A stretch of DNA of 64,000 nt from Trichormus sp. ATA11-4-KO1 (GTDB lineage Bacteria > Cyanobacteriota > Cyanobacteriia > Cyanobacteriales > Nostocaceae): positions 128,001 to 192,000 of the forward strand of contig JAHHIM010000036.1 in the NCBI GenBank assembly GCA_019358915.1, read 5' to 3'. Each line of letters begins with the position of its first letter. Position 1 is the first letter of the stretch. The notes under the pieces were generated by a model. The model was given only the letters and a program-made list of their open reading frames with translations. It did not search any database and was not told the origin of the DNA. Of this stretch, positions 20,747 to 30,064 are shown one piece after another. The translations under genes and the position numbers were made by a program.

Positions 20747-22012
20747 CTAGTTAGTCAAAGCAGCTAAGTTTTTAACTAAGGCTATAACTTGAGAACGAAT
20801 TTTTTCCATTTCAAATAGATTGATTAATTCAGACTGTCGTTTAAACTCGTCGTCTTCCAAAATTTTTAGTACTTGCAATACAACTTGTTCATTTAGTACA
20901 GATACTGTATGTTTAGATATCCCCAAAGTCGAAAAAAAATTTTCTATTTTGGGACCGACAAAAAGCCCTAGCACCGGAACACCCTCAGCAAGAGCCAAAA
21001 TAGCTGAGTGTAACCTAGTAGCAAGGACAGCTGTACTAGAACGCATCAAAGTTCTAAGTTGCTCAACATTGGTGCAAACATGAAGGCTACTACTAGATGT
21101 TGACAACTGGCTGAGTATAATTTTCGCTCGTTTAATATCTCCTGAATTACCAGTTGTGAACAACTTGACACAAGATTGGTTGTTTCCTGAATGTTTATCT
21201 AACCATGCGTTAATTATTTTACAAAGGACATCATCATACCTAGATTGGTAATGGGAAACGTGCTTTTTGTAAGCCATTACATTTACAGCTAATATTTGCT
21301 GGTTTGAAGTATGTGGCATTAATTGCCTTGGCTTGATTGCAAGTAAGGCAAAATCACCAAAAACTGGAACCTGAGTTCCTAGTCTTTGTGACAAACGGTT
21401 TGCTGTATTATGGTCTCTTGTAGCTATAAAATAACAAGATTTAGCAAAGGCAGTAATTATTTTTTCACCTTGTTTAGACCATTCAGTTTCTGCACTACAG
21501 CCTAGACAGATTAGTGGAATTTGAAGCTTTTTAGATGCCCACATAATTGTAGATAGAGATTGGGGAAAATGCAAATCCGTATCTGATAGCAATGCTCCAC
21601 CTCCAACCATAATTACTTGAGCATTTTTTAGCTTTGGTATGAGCTTTTGTATTCGGATGCGCTGAATTATTGGTCTAAGTCCTCGTTTTAAAATTTTAGT
21701 TAGTTCTATCTTTAAACTATAAAAATTGCTGGGAGAAGAAATGTTTTTGAAAGATGAGTATGGGGTCTTATAGTTCATTTCTTTAGGAAAATAGACTTCA
21801 CCAGACTTTTCGTGCGAAGAGAGTAGATGTATGGGATTTTGAACAGGTTTTAAAGTTCCAAAATTATAGGCATCAACACTGTAACCAGCCTTTTGAAAAA
21901 ATTCAGTCACACCTTGACAAATAGCTCTGTCCCCCAAATTTGTAGTGTTCCATTCTCCAAATGCAGCAATTTTTATATCTTTGCTTTTATCCACTTCCAT
22001 ATTTTTATCCAA
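20747..22012 (-). CDS. Polysaccharide pyruvyl transferase family protein
   Basis: NLGDRAI, VGGGALL, TRD, ATRLHSAILAL. Confidence 0.82.
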   Translation of the reverse strand: MDKNMEVDKSKDIKIAAFGEWNTTNLGDRAICQGVTEFFQKAGYSVDAYNFGTLKPVQNPIHLLSSHEKSGEVYFPKEMNYKTPYSSFKNISSPSNFYSLKIELTKILKRGLRPIIQRIRIQKLIPKLKNAQVIMVGGGALLSDTDLHFPQSLSTIMWASKKLQIPLICLGCSAETEWSKQGEKIITAFAKSCYFIATRDHNTANRLSQRLGTQVPVFGDFALLAIKPRQLMPHTSNQQILAVNVMAYKKHVSHYQSRYDDVLCKIINAWLDKHSGNNQSCVKLFTTGNSGDIKRAKIILSQLSTSSSSLHVCTNVEQLRTLMRSSTAVLATRLHSAILALAEGVPVLGLFVGPKIENFFSTLGISKHTVSVLNEQVVLQVLKILEDDEFKRQSELINLFEMEKIRSQVIALVKNLAALTN

Positions 22013-22060
22013 AATTAAATTTATTTATTGTTAATATTTATTTGTTCTCATAAGTAATTA

Positions 22061-22906
22061 TCAATCAACTTTAATTAGTTCAAGAGCAGTTTTTTGCCTA
22101 GTTACGAAATGTAAAAAATTAGCTATTTTAATCAGAAGAATTATTGAATAAGTACTATGAGACTTGTTGAGTATCCAGTTACTTGTTTTAGGAGAAAACA
22201 TAGCTCTACCAATGGAGACACCTTTAAGCTTTTCAAGTATACTGAAGTTAGCATTTTTGAATACAGAGCCACAGTTAGGTGCCGTATTATCTTGATGTTC
22301 TTTTGCCCAAATTTGTCTTGAGACTAAAGGATTGTCATTAAATTCTGTTCGTTCAAACTTGAAAACCGCACTTAATATCAGTTTAGAATGTATACCAGTA
22401 AATATCGTCTCTCTATAACCTCGCACAATTTGATTATTTTGAAGTGTTTTAATACATCCATTCTCAAAGAAAGTTACACTTTCAACAAAATCATATATTG
22501 TACATCCATATTGTCTCCCTCTACCAGCATTCATTGCTAATGCACCTCCAATCGTTGCCGGGACAGACGCAAGATAATAAAAAGAATTCATGGAGTTTTG
22601 GTAACAGTGTTTTAAAACCTCCATGATTAAAACTGAAGAAGATATTTCTAATTTATCTTCAGTTAAAGAATTTATGTACTTAGGTAGTTTGTTTTTTAGT
22701 ATCAATGATTTGATATTTTTTTTCACGAACAAGGTATTGGAGCCATTTCCAATTATGTAAATGTTTACTTTGTTTTCTTTTGCCCAAATACAGTACTCAC
22801 GGAGGTCATCTAAACTACTAATTTCTCCTACTCGCTCAAAATGATGGCGAGTTCTATAGTGAGAAAGACTAGTTGATGTTAAAGACTCAATTTTTAAATT
22901 AGACAT
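22061..22906 (-). CDS. MurB-like FAD-dependent enolpyruvyl reductase (divergent, inside the polysaccharide cluster)
   Basis: MurB motifs IIGNGSNTLF, VPATIGGALAMNAG, GYRETIF, PNCGSVFKN and a C-terminal LE. Confidence 0.82.
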   Translation of the reverse strand: MSNLKIESLTSTSLSHYRTRHHFERVGEISSLDDLREYCIWAKENKVNIYIIGNGSNTLFVKKNIKSLILKNKLPKYINSLTEDKLEISSSVLIMEVLKHCYQNSMNSFYYLASVPATIGGALAMNAGRGRQYGCTIYDFVESVTFFENGCIKTLQNNQIVRGYRETIFTGIHSKLILSAVFKFERTEFNDNPLVSRQIWAKEHQDNTAPNCGSVFKNANFSILEKLKGVSIGRAMFSPKTSNWILNKSHSTYSIILLIKIANFLHFVTRQKTALELIKVD

Positions 22907-22917
22907 CTTCTCTCTTT

Positions 22918-24090
22918 CTACTCCTTGCTACACTCAACCTTATTTTTATTACGGTCTGCTCCTTCTGTAATTGCTTCCAGTAAATATTTTTTTGATTCCA
23001 AAATTTTTAATTCCAAAACTTTAGACACTATTTCATAGTCTATATCAAAAGCTTTTTCTTTTACTTGGGATATAGTATTTTCTGAAAATATCCTATCTTC
23101 CAATGATAAATCTCTAAGTAAATCGGTTACTTTGTTCGATTTGTTGCTAGGAACAAATACACTAAAAGGTTTTTGAAAAATAATTGCAAATATAGTTCCA
23201 TGATAAGTATTAGTTACAATGTATGATGCTTGGCTGAACGCTCCAATCCATTCCTGTGGACAAGCATTTTCTAGATTCACTTTTGCTACTTGATTACATT
23301 TACCAATTGAAACTATATTTAATCCATGACGTTCTGCTATTGATTTCACTAAATCCTCCTCAGTCGAAGCTAATTCATCCTGGTTATAAATTAAAAGATA
23401 TTTACCTTCTATTTTGGGAATATGTTTAATTGCATCATAGTTAATTAAAAACGTAGGATCTAAAACTTTTTTAGCTACCATATTACATTGATTTACAATT
23501 ATTCGCTCGCTGTTAGAATCACGAACCAAAATCGTTTGAAATTGATTAACTAGATTACATATTTCTTCTCGATGATTATTTAGTACTGTTAACTCGCCAA
23601 AACTAGCTGCATAACTTATCTTACGGGTAGCTTGATTATTAACAAAATCTAAAAAGAAAGAGGCATCAAATCCTCTGATAGAATTGAGAGACCATATTTG
23701 ATCACTACCGCATATTACTACATCATATTTACTATTAAAGTGTTGCAAGCCTTTTTTTCTATAAAATTTCCTCTGGCTTAACCTGACGTGGGAAAGCAAA
23801 AATTGCCTGATTTTCCAAGCTCTAGAAATATTGACGAATATCTTTTCATTAATATGGAGTTGATGAATACTAAGCTTTTGACTTTCATGAATGCTAAGTT
23901 TTTTCCTTCTGATAGGTCTTAAACTTTTTGTATAGTATCTAACTGCCCTATAAGGCCTATAGTCTATTATTTCAACGTCATAGCCTTGACTGTTAAGGAA
24001 ATTCCATAGAGCATAAGCTTGAAGTGTTGCCCCGTAGTTATCTATATGGTGAAAAGTTATAATTCCTATTTTCATCTTTGCTGTCTCCAA
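22918..24090 (-). CDS. Polysaccharide pyruvyl transferase family protein
   Basis: KIGIITFH..NYGATLQAYAL, GSDQIW, ISYAASFG, VRD, LDPT, TYHGTIFAIIF. Confidence 0.9.
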   Translation of the reverse strand: METAKMKIGIITFHHIDNYGATLQAYALWNFLNSQGYDVEIIDYRPYRAVRYYTKSLRPIRRKKLSIHESQKLSIHQLHINEKIFVNISRAWKIRQFLLSHVRLSQRKFYRKKGLQHFNSKYDVVICGSDQIWSLNSIRGFDASFFLDFVNNQATRKISYAASFGELTVLNNHREEICNLVNQFQTILVRDSNSERIIVNQCNMVAKKVLDPTFLINYDAIKHIPKIEGKYLLIYNQDELASTEEDLVKSIAERHGLNIVSIGKCNQVAKVNLENACPQEWIGAFSQASYIVTNTYHGTIFAIIFQKPFSVFVPSNKSNKVTDLLRDLSLEDRIFSENTISQVKEKAFDIDYEIVSKVLELKILESKKYLLEAITEGADRNKNKVECSKE

Positions 24091-24289
24091 ATCAAAGTAC
24101 TAATTTGATATATCACACATTTCGTAAGCTAATTTACAAAATTATTTTGATTCTAGCTTTTGTTTCTTATGTTTCTTAAATAAATTCATTTAAACTTCTC
24201 CTGGCTATATTAAGTTGATTTTATTCAGTTATAATCTAATTTTAAAATTTACTTATTTAAGTTAGGTACTCATTAATGTATGAAAAATT

Positions 24290-25798
24290 TTATATCTTTT
24301 TTTTTCTTTTAAGCTTGATGTTTACAAAATCGGTTAAGCCAAGAATCTTTTTGAAAAGCTTTGGTGATATTACAAAAACGATAAAAATATAACTTAAAGT
24401 ACCAACTAAGATTAAACTAGCTGTTAATAACTTCATTTCAATGCCAATAAATGTTACCAATAAATATTTAATAGCTATCATACTTCCAATCATCCCTAAA
24501 GAAGCTACTAAAGGTACCATATATAAACGCAAATATTGAATAAAATTAAGTTTAACCAATTTGTGAATAGCCACCAGTGAAATAGGTAAGAGTAGATAAC
24601 CACGAATTACATAAGCAGATGCTACAGCTAAGATACCCCATTTTACTACTAGTATAAAAGATACGACATTAACAACTGTATTTATAATTTGTATCCATAA
24701 CCTCCAGGCGGGTTTGCCCAATGCCATAATCACAGAACTGTTATAGAAGGCAATTATATGAACAGGCCCAATAAGTGCTAGAACTTGCATTACTGGAATA
24801 CTTTGAGTCCATTGCTTACCAAATAAAATTTGGACTAATTCAGGTGCCAAAACTGTGAAGCTAAGAAACATCGGAAAAGCAATGGTACTACCAACTTCAG
24901 TAACATTATAGAAAGCTTTTATTAACCGTTCTGGTTCTCCCTGCAATCTAGAAAATACCGGGAATGCAACTTTACCTATCGTACTAATTAAAACTTGTGT
25001 CATTACTTGTAATATTCTGTAAGCAACAGAGTAATAACCTAGTGCAACTGATCCAAGGTAGCGTCCAATGAGTAAATCATCTGACCTACGATTAAAAAAG
25101 TTAATTATACTAAACGCAGTTACATTAATGCCAAAAGCATAAAGTTCTTTAGCATGAATGGCTGAAAATTTAAATCCTGGTCGCCAATCGCTAACTCGCC
25201 ACAAAACCAAAACCTGCAATAAGCTATTAGATATTTGTTGACCCACGAGGCTCCAAACTCCAAAGTTTAGAAAAGCCATTCCTACACCAACCATTCCACC
25301 GAATACAACTGCGATTAGTGAACGTATTGCTAAAGTCTTGAAAGCAAGATTACGTGTAAGAATAGCGCTTTGTACACTGCTTAAACCACTAAATATAAAA
25401 CTTATTGATAAGTACTGAATAATTGGTGTTAATTGGGGTTGGTCAAAGAAATTAGCAGCTAATCCGGCACAAGATATACTTAATACGGTCAAGAATACAC
25501 TAATTGTTAAAGTTGTCCAGAAGGCTGTATCTAGGTGTTCTGCTTCTAATTCTTGACGTTGGATAAGTGCTTGAGAAAATCCTTGATCAAGAAAAATTTG
25601 CACAAATCCAAGAAAAACTGAAGCTAAAGCAACTAGACCAAAAATTTCTGGATTGAGTAACCGAGCTAGAACGAAGAAAACAATTAAGGAAACTCCTTGG
25701 CGTCCCCAATTTTCAATAGCAGACCAAGCTAAACCTTTAACTGCCTGTTTTCGTAAATTTGATGGCTTTTCAGGTGATTCCATTATCGGATTTACCAA
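24290..25798 (-). CDS. wzx: MOP-family polysaccharide flippase (Wzx-like)
   Basis: LARLL.PE.FG motif, about 12-14 TM segments, G.YSVAYR. Confidence 0.88.
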   Translation of the reverse strand: MVNPIMESPEKPSNLRKQAVKGLAWSAIENWGRQGVSLIVFFVLARLLNPEIFGLVALASVFLGFVQIFLDQGFSQALIQRQELEAEHLDTAFWTTLTISVFLTVLSISCAGLAANFFDQPQLTPIIQYLSISFIFSGLSSVQSAILTRNLAFKTLAIRSLIAVVFGGMVGVGMAFLNFGVWSLVGQQISNSLLQVLVLWRVSDWRPGFKFSAIHAKELYAFGINVTAFSIINFFNRRSDDLLIGRYLGSVALGYYSVAYRILQVMTQVLISTIGKVAFPVFSRLQGEPERLIKAFYNVTEVGSTIAFPMFLSFTVLAPELVQILFGKQWTQSIPVMQVLALIGPVHIIAFYNSSVIMALGKPAWRLWIQIINTVVNVVSFILVVKWGILAVASAYVIRGYLLLPISLVAIHKLVKLNFIQYLRLYMVPLVASLGMIGSMIAIKYLLVTFIGIEMKLLTASLILVGTLSYIFIVFVISPKLFKKILGLTDFVNIKLKRKKKI

Positions 25799-26000
25799 TT
25801 AAAGGGTTAACGACTTTGATGATGTGTCAATCAAGTTAGTGCATGAGATAAAAATTGAAAGTTGTACAAGACTTGATTTACAGCATTCTTGTATAAAGTA
25901 TTACCTTAGTCTTGCTTGTACAGAATAAGTACACAGTAACAGTAAGCACAAGAGAAGAAATTACTCGTGCTTTTCATGAAACCGTTACAGTACCGAACTT

Positions 26001-26795
26001 TCAGTCACCTGTTCCCAGGAAACCCCCTGCAAAACGACTTGATGAAAGCATCTGTTTAGTCGCCAACCAAATAAAGGGCGGAATTGTTGTACCATAACGC
26101 CGCCAGAGTCGGCGCGGCTCTTGAACCCAGCGATAAAGCCACTCAAACCCTAGGTCTCGAACTATGCGGGGTGCGCGCTTTTGAATGCCTGCATAAACAG
26201 GGAAAACCCCACCCACGCCAATCATGACTGCCTGAATTTTATCTTGATGCTGAGCCATCCACTTTTCTTGTTTTGGACACCCCAGGGATACAAAAACTAC
26301 CCCAGCGCCACTGGAGTTAACTGTATTTATTAAAGCCTCGTCTTCAGTCTCAGTTAGAGGGCGAAAAGGTAAAGGTTCCATCGCCGCTACTTTTAGCTTA
26401 GGAAATTCATCTTCTAGACGTTCTCTCATCCTAGAAAGAATTTCGGTTTGCGAACCAACAAAGAAAACACTGACATTTTGCGTTTGAGCTTTTTCACACA
26501 AAGCTAGAAAAAGATCCATTCCCGCGACACGGTCTTGGTAACGCGCCCCCATATACCTCATCATCCACACGAGGGGCATACCATCAGGGGTCACTAAATC
26601 TGCATTGTGTAGTACGTTAGCAAACTCTGGATTCCAGTGAGCTTCCATCAGCATGTGTACATTCGCTACACATACAGCTTTACTCTCACGAGCGATCGCC
26701 CACCTCAGTATTGTTTGTATCTGATCATCAAAGCGCAAAGCAGTAATAGGGAAATCAAGCACTTTTTGAGTAGGCAGAAAAGTTCTTCCTACCAT
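26001..26795 (-). CDS. WecB/TagA/CpsF family glycosyltransferase
   Basis: ANVH, PDGMP, RVAGMDL, LGCPKQE, GFEWLYR..QEPRRLWRRY. Confidence 0.95.
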   Translation of the reverse strand: MVGRTFLPTQKVLDFPITALRFDDQIQTILRWAIARESKAVCVANVHMLMEAHWNPEFANVLHNADLVTPDGMPLVWMMRYMGARYQDRVAGMDLFLALCEKAQTQNVSVFFVGSQTEILSRMRERLEDEFPKLKVAAMEPLPFRPLTETEDEALINTVNSSGAGVVFVSLGCPKQEKWMAQHQDKIQAVMIGVGGVFPVYAGIQKRAPRIVRDLGFEWLYRWVQEPRRLWRRYGTTIPPFIWLATKQMLSSSRFAGGFLGTGD

Positions 26796-27543
26796 AAATC
26801 ACTCCTTGTGTCAAGAACAAAAACTAGACATTACCTAAGGCATTCCCAAATTTAAAAAATCAAGTAAGATAGCCTCCTTGATTCCTTTTTCAGGTTTGTA
26901 AGATGCTCATACGTAAACACATGGAGATGAATCATTGTCTCAGTAATTTTATTGTTTATCGTAAATTACTACAATTTCCAATAAACGTATATTAGCTTAC
27001 TGTGTGAATTAAGACTTGTTACATCCTTGACAACAAACTTTATCATTATTTCATATTTTTCTGCAACTTGTTTCACGCAAGCATTACAATTTTGCAAAAT
27101 ATTTTACATAATCATATTAATTACAGCCAAATGACTTTGATAGTAAAACGAAAGCCTAGACTGTAATGCCGCCAAATTCTGAGGTATGACTATAGAGAAT
27201 CGCCAATTTTGATTTAAAATACTGTAGTTTTAAGAATCAAATGATATTTTTTTTTAATACTTTGCAGGAATCTTACCCATCTTTACTTTTGCAGAGACTT
27301 TGGGGCAATTAACCTTGAGGGGTTTAACCCCTCAATATCAAAATTTTTAACTTTACGTTGTCTACTTGCCCTTATATAAATTTTGGGTCAATGGGCTAAT
27401 AGCTAAAATGTGTTTTAACGTATTGCAATTAAAGCAAATTCTTCTTAATGCAATACAGTGTAGTAAAAAGAATTGTAGCAAGAATATTGGGAGCAAATGG
27501 ATGTCTGACGATGCCGTTTTAATCAAGCACACAACTTAAACTA

Positions 27544-27747
27544 CTAAAAATTCTCTAAGAAAAAGGGGGAAGATTTTTTCTCTTCCCCCTGGCGATTATT
27601 TTGAATGTTGTCTGGTTTATTATTTTCTTTTAGCTTTTGTCGTAGCATCTGCCTTTGTTTTTTGAGTTGTCGTTTTCTGGCTGAACCGCCTCTACCTTTC
27701 TCATTTCTCCCTTCTCTACGGGGGGATTCCCATCTTTTCAGTCGCAT
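27544..27747 (-). CDS. Small basic protein (67 aa); candidate alternative ribosome-rescue factor
   Basis: SD AAGGA upstream of ATG; 17 of the first 40 residues are K/R; KGRGGSARKR motif; intrinsic terminator inside the 3' end of the CDS. Confidence 0.6.
   Translation of the reverse strand: MRLKRWESPRREGRNEKGRGGSARKRQLKKQRQMLRQKLKENNKPDNIQNNRQGEEKKSSPFFLENF
27557..27590 (-). terminator. Intrinsic terminator inside the 27544-27747 CDS, upstream of its stop codon
   Basis: Minus strand: AGGGGGAAGA-gaaaaaa-TCTTCCCCCT-TTTTCTT (perfect 10-bp stem plus U-tract); TAG stop follows about 10 nt later. Confidence 0.8.
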
Positions 27748-27912
27748 ATTGGTTTTTCCTTAAAACAAACACGATATACACTAAAATGTAGCATATATGT
27801 TTACACTAGCTATCTGACTTGAAATGCTGAGTAAAAGTCAATAAATCAGTAAAGAAGACTTTCATTCGTCTTGGTTACATAGTTCACGATCGCTAGTTAA
27901 AATCTTTAGAAG

Positions 27913-27996
27913 TGGGCAGGAGGAGAATCGAACTCCTATGACCGCAAGGCCGCCACATTTTGAGTGTGGTGCGTCTACCAGTTTCGCCACCCGCCC
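27913..27996 (-). tRNA. trnL: tRNA-Leu(CAA)
   Basis: GGGCGGG...CCTGCCC-A acceptor, anticodon arm CCACA-CT CAA AA-TGTGG, long variable arm, GTTCGA T-loop; TATAAT -10 box at 28014-28019. Confidence 0.96.
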
Positions 27997-28107
27997 TTAG
28001 GTGCAACTTTACTATTATAGTCTATAGAGTGAATTTGCAACAAGTAAATTCAAAATTTTTTTGGGATCTGATTTGATTCCAGTTGAATGGACTCTGGTTT
28101 AGTTTAA

Positions 28108-28304
28108 CGTGAGTTCGATGAACCTCACCCCAACCTCTCTCCGACACGGAGAGGGGCTTAAATATCTTGAAAGCTCAACGAGAAATTAAGATTTTGAAGC
28201 CTCTAACGCCACGTGCTACAACGCGGGGAACCCGCGCAACGCAGTGGCTCCTCCTTGCAGGGGAGAGGTTTGGAGAGGGGTTTTTTCAACTTGTCGAACT
28301 CACG
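28108..28304. mobile_element. MITE-like element (197 bp) with nested small repeat
   Basis: TIRs CGTGAGTTCGA / TCGAACTCACG; 9-bp flanking direct repeat TTAGTTTAA (28099-28107, 28305-28313); internal GC-rich hairpins. Confidence 0.8.
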
Positions 28305-28955
28305 TTAGTTTAAAGTAACTAAACTAGAGTCCACATTTTGTAGCTGGGTACAGCCACTGAGAGCCATTGCCACGTTTAACTCATTTTGTAGCAGCGAAAT
28401 GACATGAGATACACCGGCTTGTCCTCCTACTGCTAGTCCCCACAAAATAGGTCGTCCTATCATTAAGGCTTTTGCTCCTATTGCTAGGGCTTTGAGAATG
28501 TCTGTACCTCTGCGGATACCTCCATCTAATAGCACCTCTACTCTGCCATCTACTGCTGCTACTATCTCAGTTAAAGCATCTAAAGAGGCGATCGCTCCAT
28601 CTAGTTGTCTGCCACCATGATTGGAAACTACAATTGCCTTAGCTCCATACTCCACAGCACGCACAGCATCATCTCCCCGCAAAATTCCTTTGATTACCAA
28701 AGGTAGTGGTTGCCCTAAAATAGAGGTACTAAGATAGCGATCGCTTACATCTACCAATATCCGAGGTCTGAGTTTAATTCGCTCAAAGGCAGTACGATTA
28801 TCTCGCAGTGTGATTTCATCCCCAGCGCCACTACTGTAGTAATCAAAAGCCATCTGAGACAGATGCTTTTTTGCTAGCTGTTCGTATTCAAATAAGTTAA
28901 TGGGTTGGCAATAATCATCGTTTGCTAAAGCTGGTAAGCTCACCAATTGCGCCAC
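28305..28955 (-). pseudogene. FMN-dependent alpha-hydroxy acid (lactate/glycolate) oxidase with large in-frame internal deletion
   Basis: N-terminus ([24 protein letters not shown]) joins directly to the C-terminal half ([27 protein letters not shown]). The IAPMA...WFQLY...LTVD block is missing; 216 aa versus about 360 typical. Confidence 0.8.
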
Positions 28956-29815
28956 CCACCCTGGGATGCAACTTCACCCTGAGAATTCAACCCGTGATTT
29001 TGCAATAAAGATTGATATTCTGTACTGCTGGACCAACGGTCAATTTCTTTAGCTCGTAGTACTGGTACCGGATGGGTTAATTGAGCTGTGCGGGCTTCTT
29101 TGACCATTTCACCCAGTTCAGTTTTACTAATATCATCGTAAGCACGAGCTTGGGCAACGAAAGCATCTAAATTAAGTTGTGGTGCTAGGGTTGGTGAACC
29201 ACCTGCTAGTTTCATCAACACCGACATGACAACTTTAGGGTCTTGGGTAGCTAACAAGGCGGCGCGATCGCAGGTAAACTCAGCACAGCGTACCCATTCT
29301 AATAGTTGTGCCTGTATCGCTTGGGCAATAAAAGCTCCGACATTAGGCACAATCGCAGCTGCTAGCACTAATAAGTTTACAGGCGTCAGATAAACACTGT
29401 GGTCACACTTAAGATGCCCCAACTCATGGGCAATTACTGCCTGTATTTCGGCTGGTGTGAGGATATCAACTAGAGAAGTGTGCAGCACAATAAACGGCTG
29501 TTTACCCCGCATAGCAAAGGTGTAGGCATTAGGAGCCGGATGTTGGCGGATATACAACTGGGGAGGTTCTATATCTAAGATTTTGCAAGCTTCTAATAAT
29601 AGTTTGTATAAATCAGGCAATTGTTTTTCACCCACCAGAACACTGGCGGCAATATTTTCCACATAAAAAACCTGTTCTGCCATTGGTCCGAGCCAATTTC
29701 GCACCATCATATCCAGACCTGGTATTTGCTTGAGAGATTTAGTTGCTTCCAGGTCTAATGGGTGACGAAATGAATCAGCTTTTAAACCGATTAATGGAGT
29801 TTTAAAGAAGGACAT
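28940..29815 (-). CDS. M48 family Zn metallopeptidase
   Basis: PNAYT, AHELGH (HExxH), EFTCDRA, THP. Confidence 0.93.
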   Translation of the reverse strand: MSFFKTPLIGLKADSFRHPLDLEATKSLKQIPGLDMMVRNWLGPMAEQVFYVENIAASVLVGEKQLPDLYKLLLEACKILDIEPPQLYIRQHPAPNAYTFAMRGKQPFIVLHTSLVDILTPAEIQAVIAHELGHLKCDHSVYLTPVNLLVLAAAIVPNVGAFIAQAIQAQLLEWVRCAEFTCDRAALLATQDPKVVMSVLMKLAGGSPTLAPQLNLDAFVAQARAYDDISKTELGEMVKEARTAQLTHPVPVLRAKEIDRWSSSTEYQSLLQNHGLNSQGEVASQGGWRNW

Positions 29816-29874
29816 GATGTAGCCAGCTGGAAAAACGAAATATCAACAGCCTCCCACAGTTAGTATAACGAGTA

Positions 29875-30048
29875 TGAGTGCTGAGTGCGCTTGCCCTGAG
29901 CGAAGTCGAAGGGGAGTGCTGAGTGCTGAGTAAAAAATACCAGTCCCCAGTCCCCAGCGATGCACTAAGCTTATCGTACAGCCTACGGCATAGCTGCGCT
30001 TAGCGCGGAGCGTCTCGCACAGAAGGTCCCCAGTCCCCAGTCCCCCAT
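29875..30048. repeat. STRR heptamer arrays (GTGCTGA, CCAGTCC) with embedded small dispersed repeats
   Basis: Tandem heptamers interrupted by GC-rich units; 29875-29924 is 49/50 identical to the reverse complement of 60450-60499. Confidence 0.85.
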
Positions 30049-30064
30049 CTCTGGCGAAGTAATG

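Noticed and set aside
27913..27996. tRNA-Leu(CAA) as integration site of the EPS/lasso region
   Set aside because: No integrase and no duplicated tRNA 3' end seen in the window.
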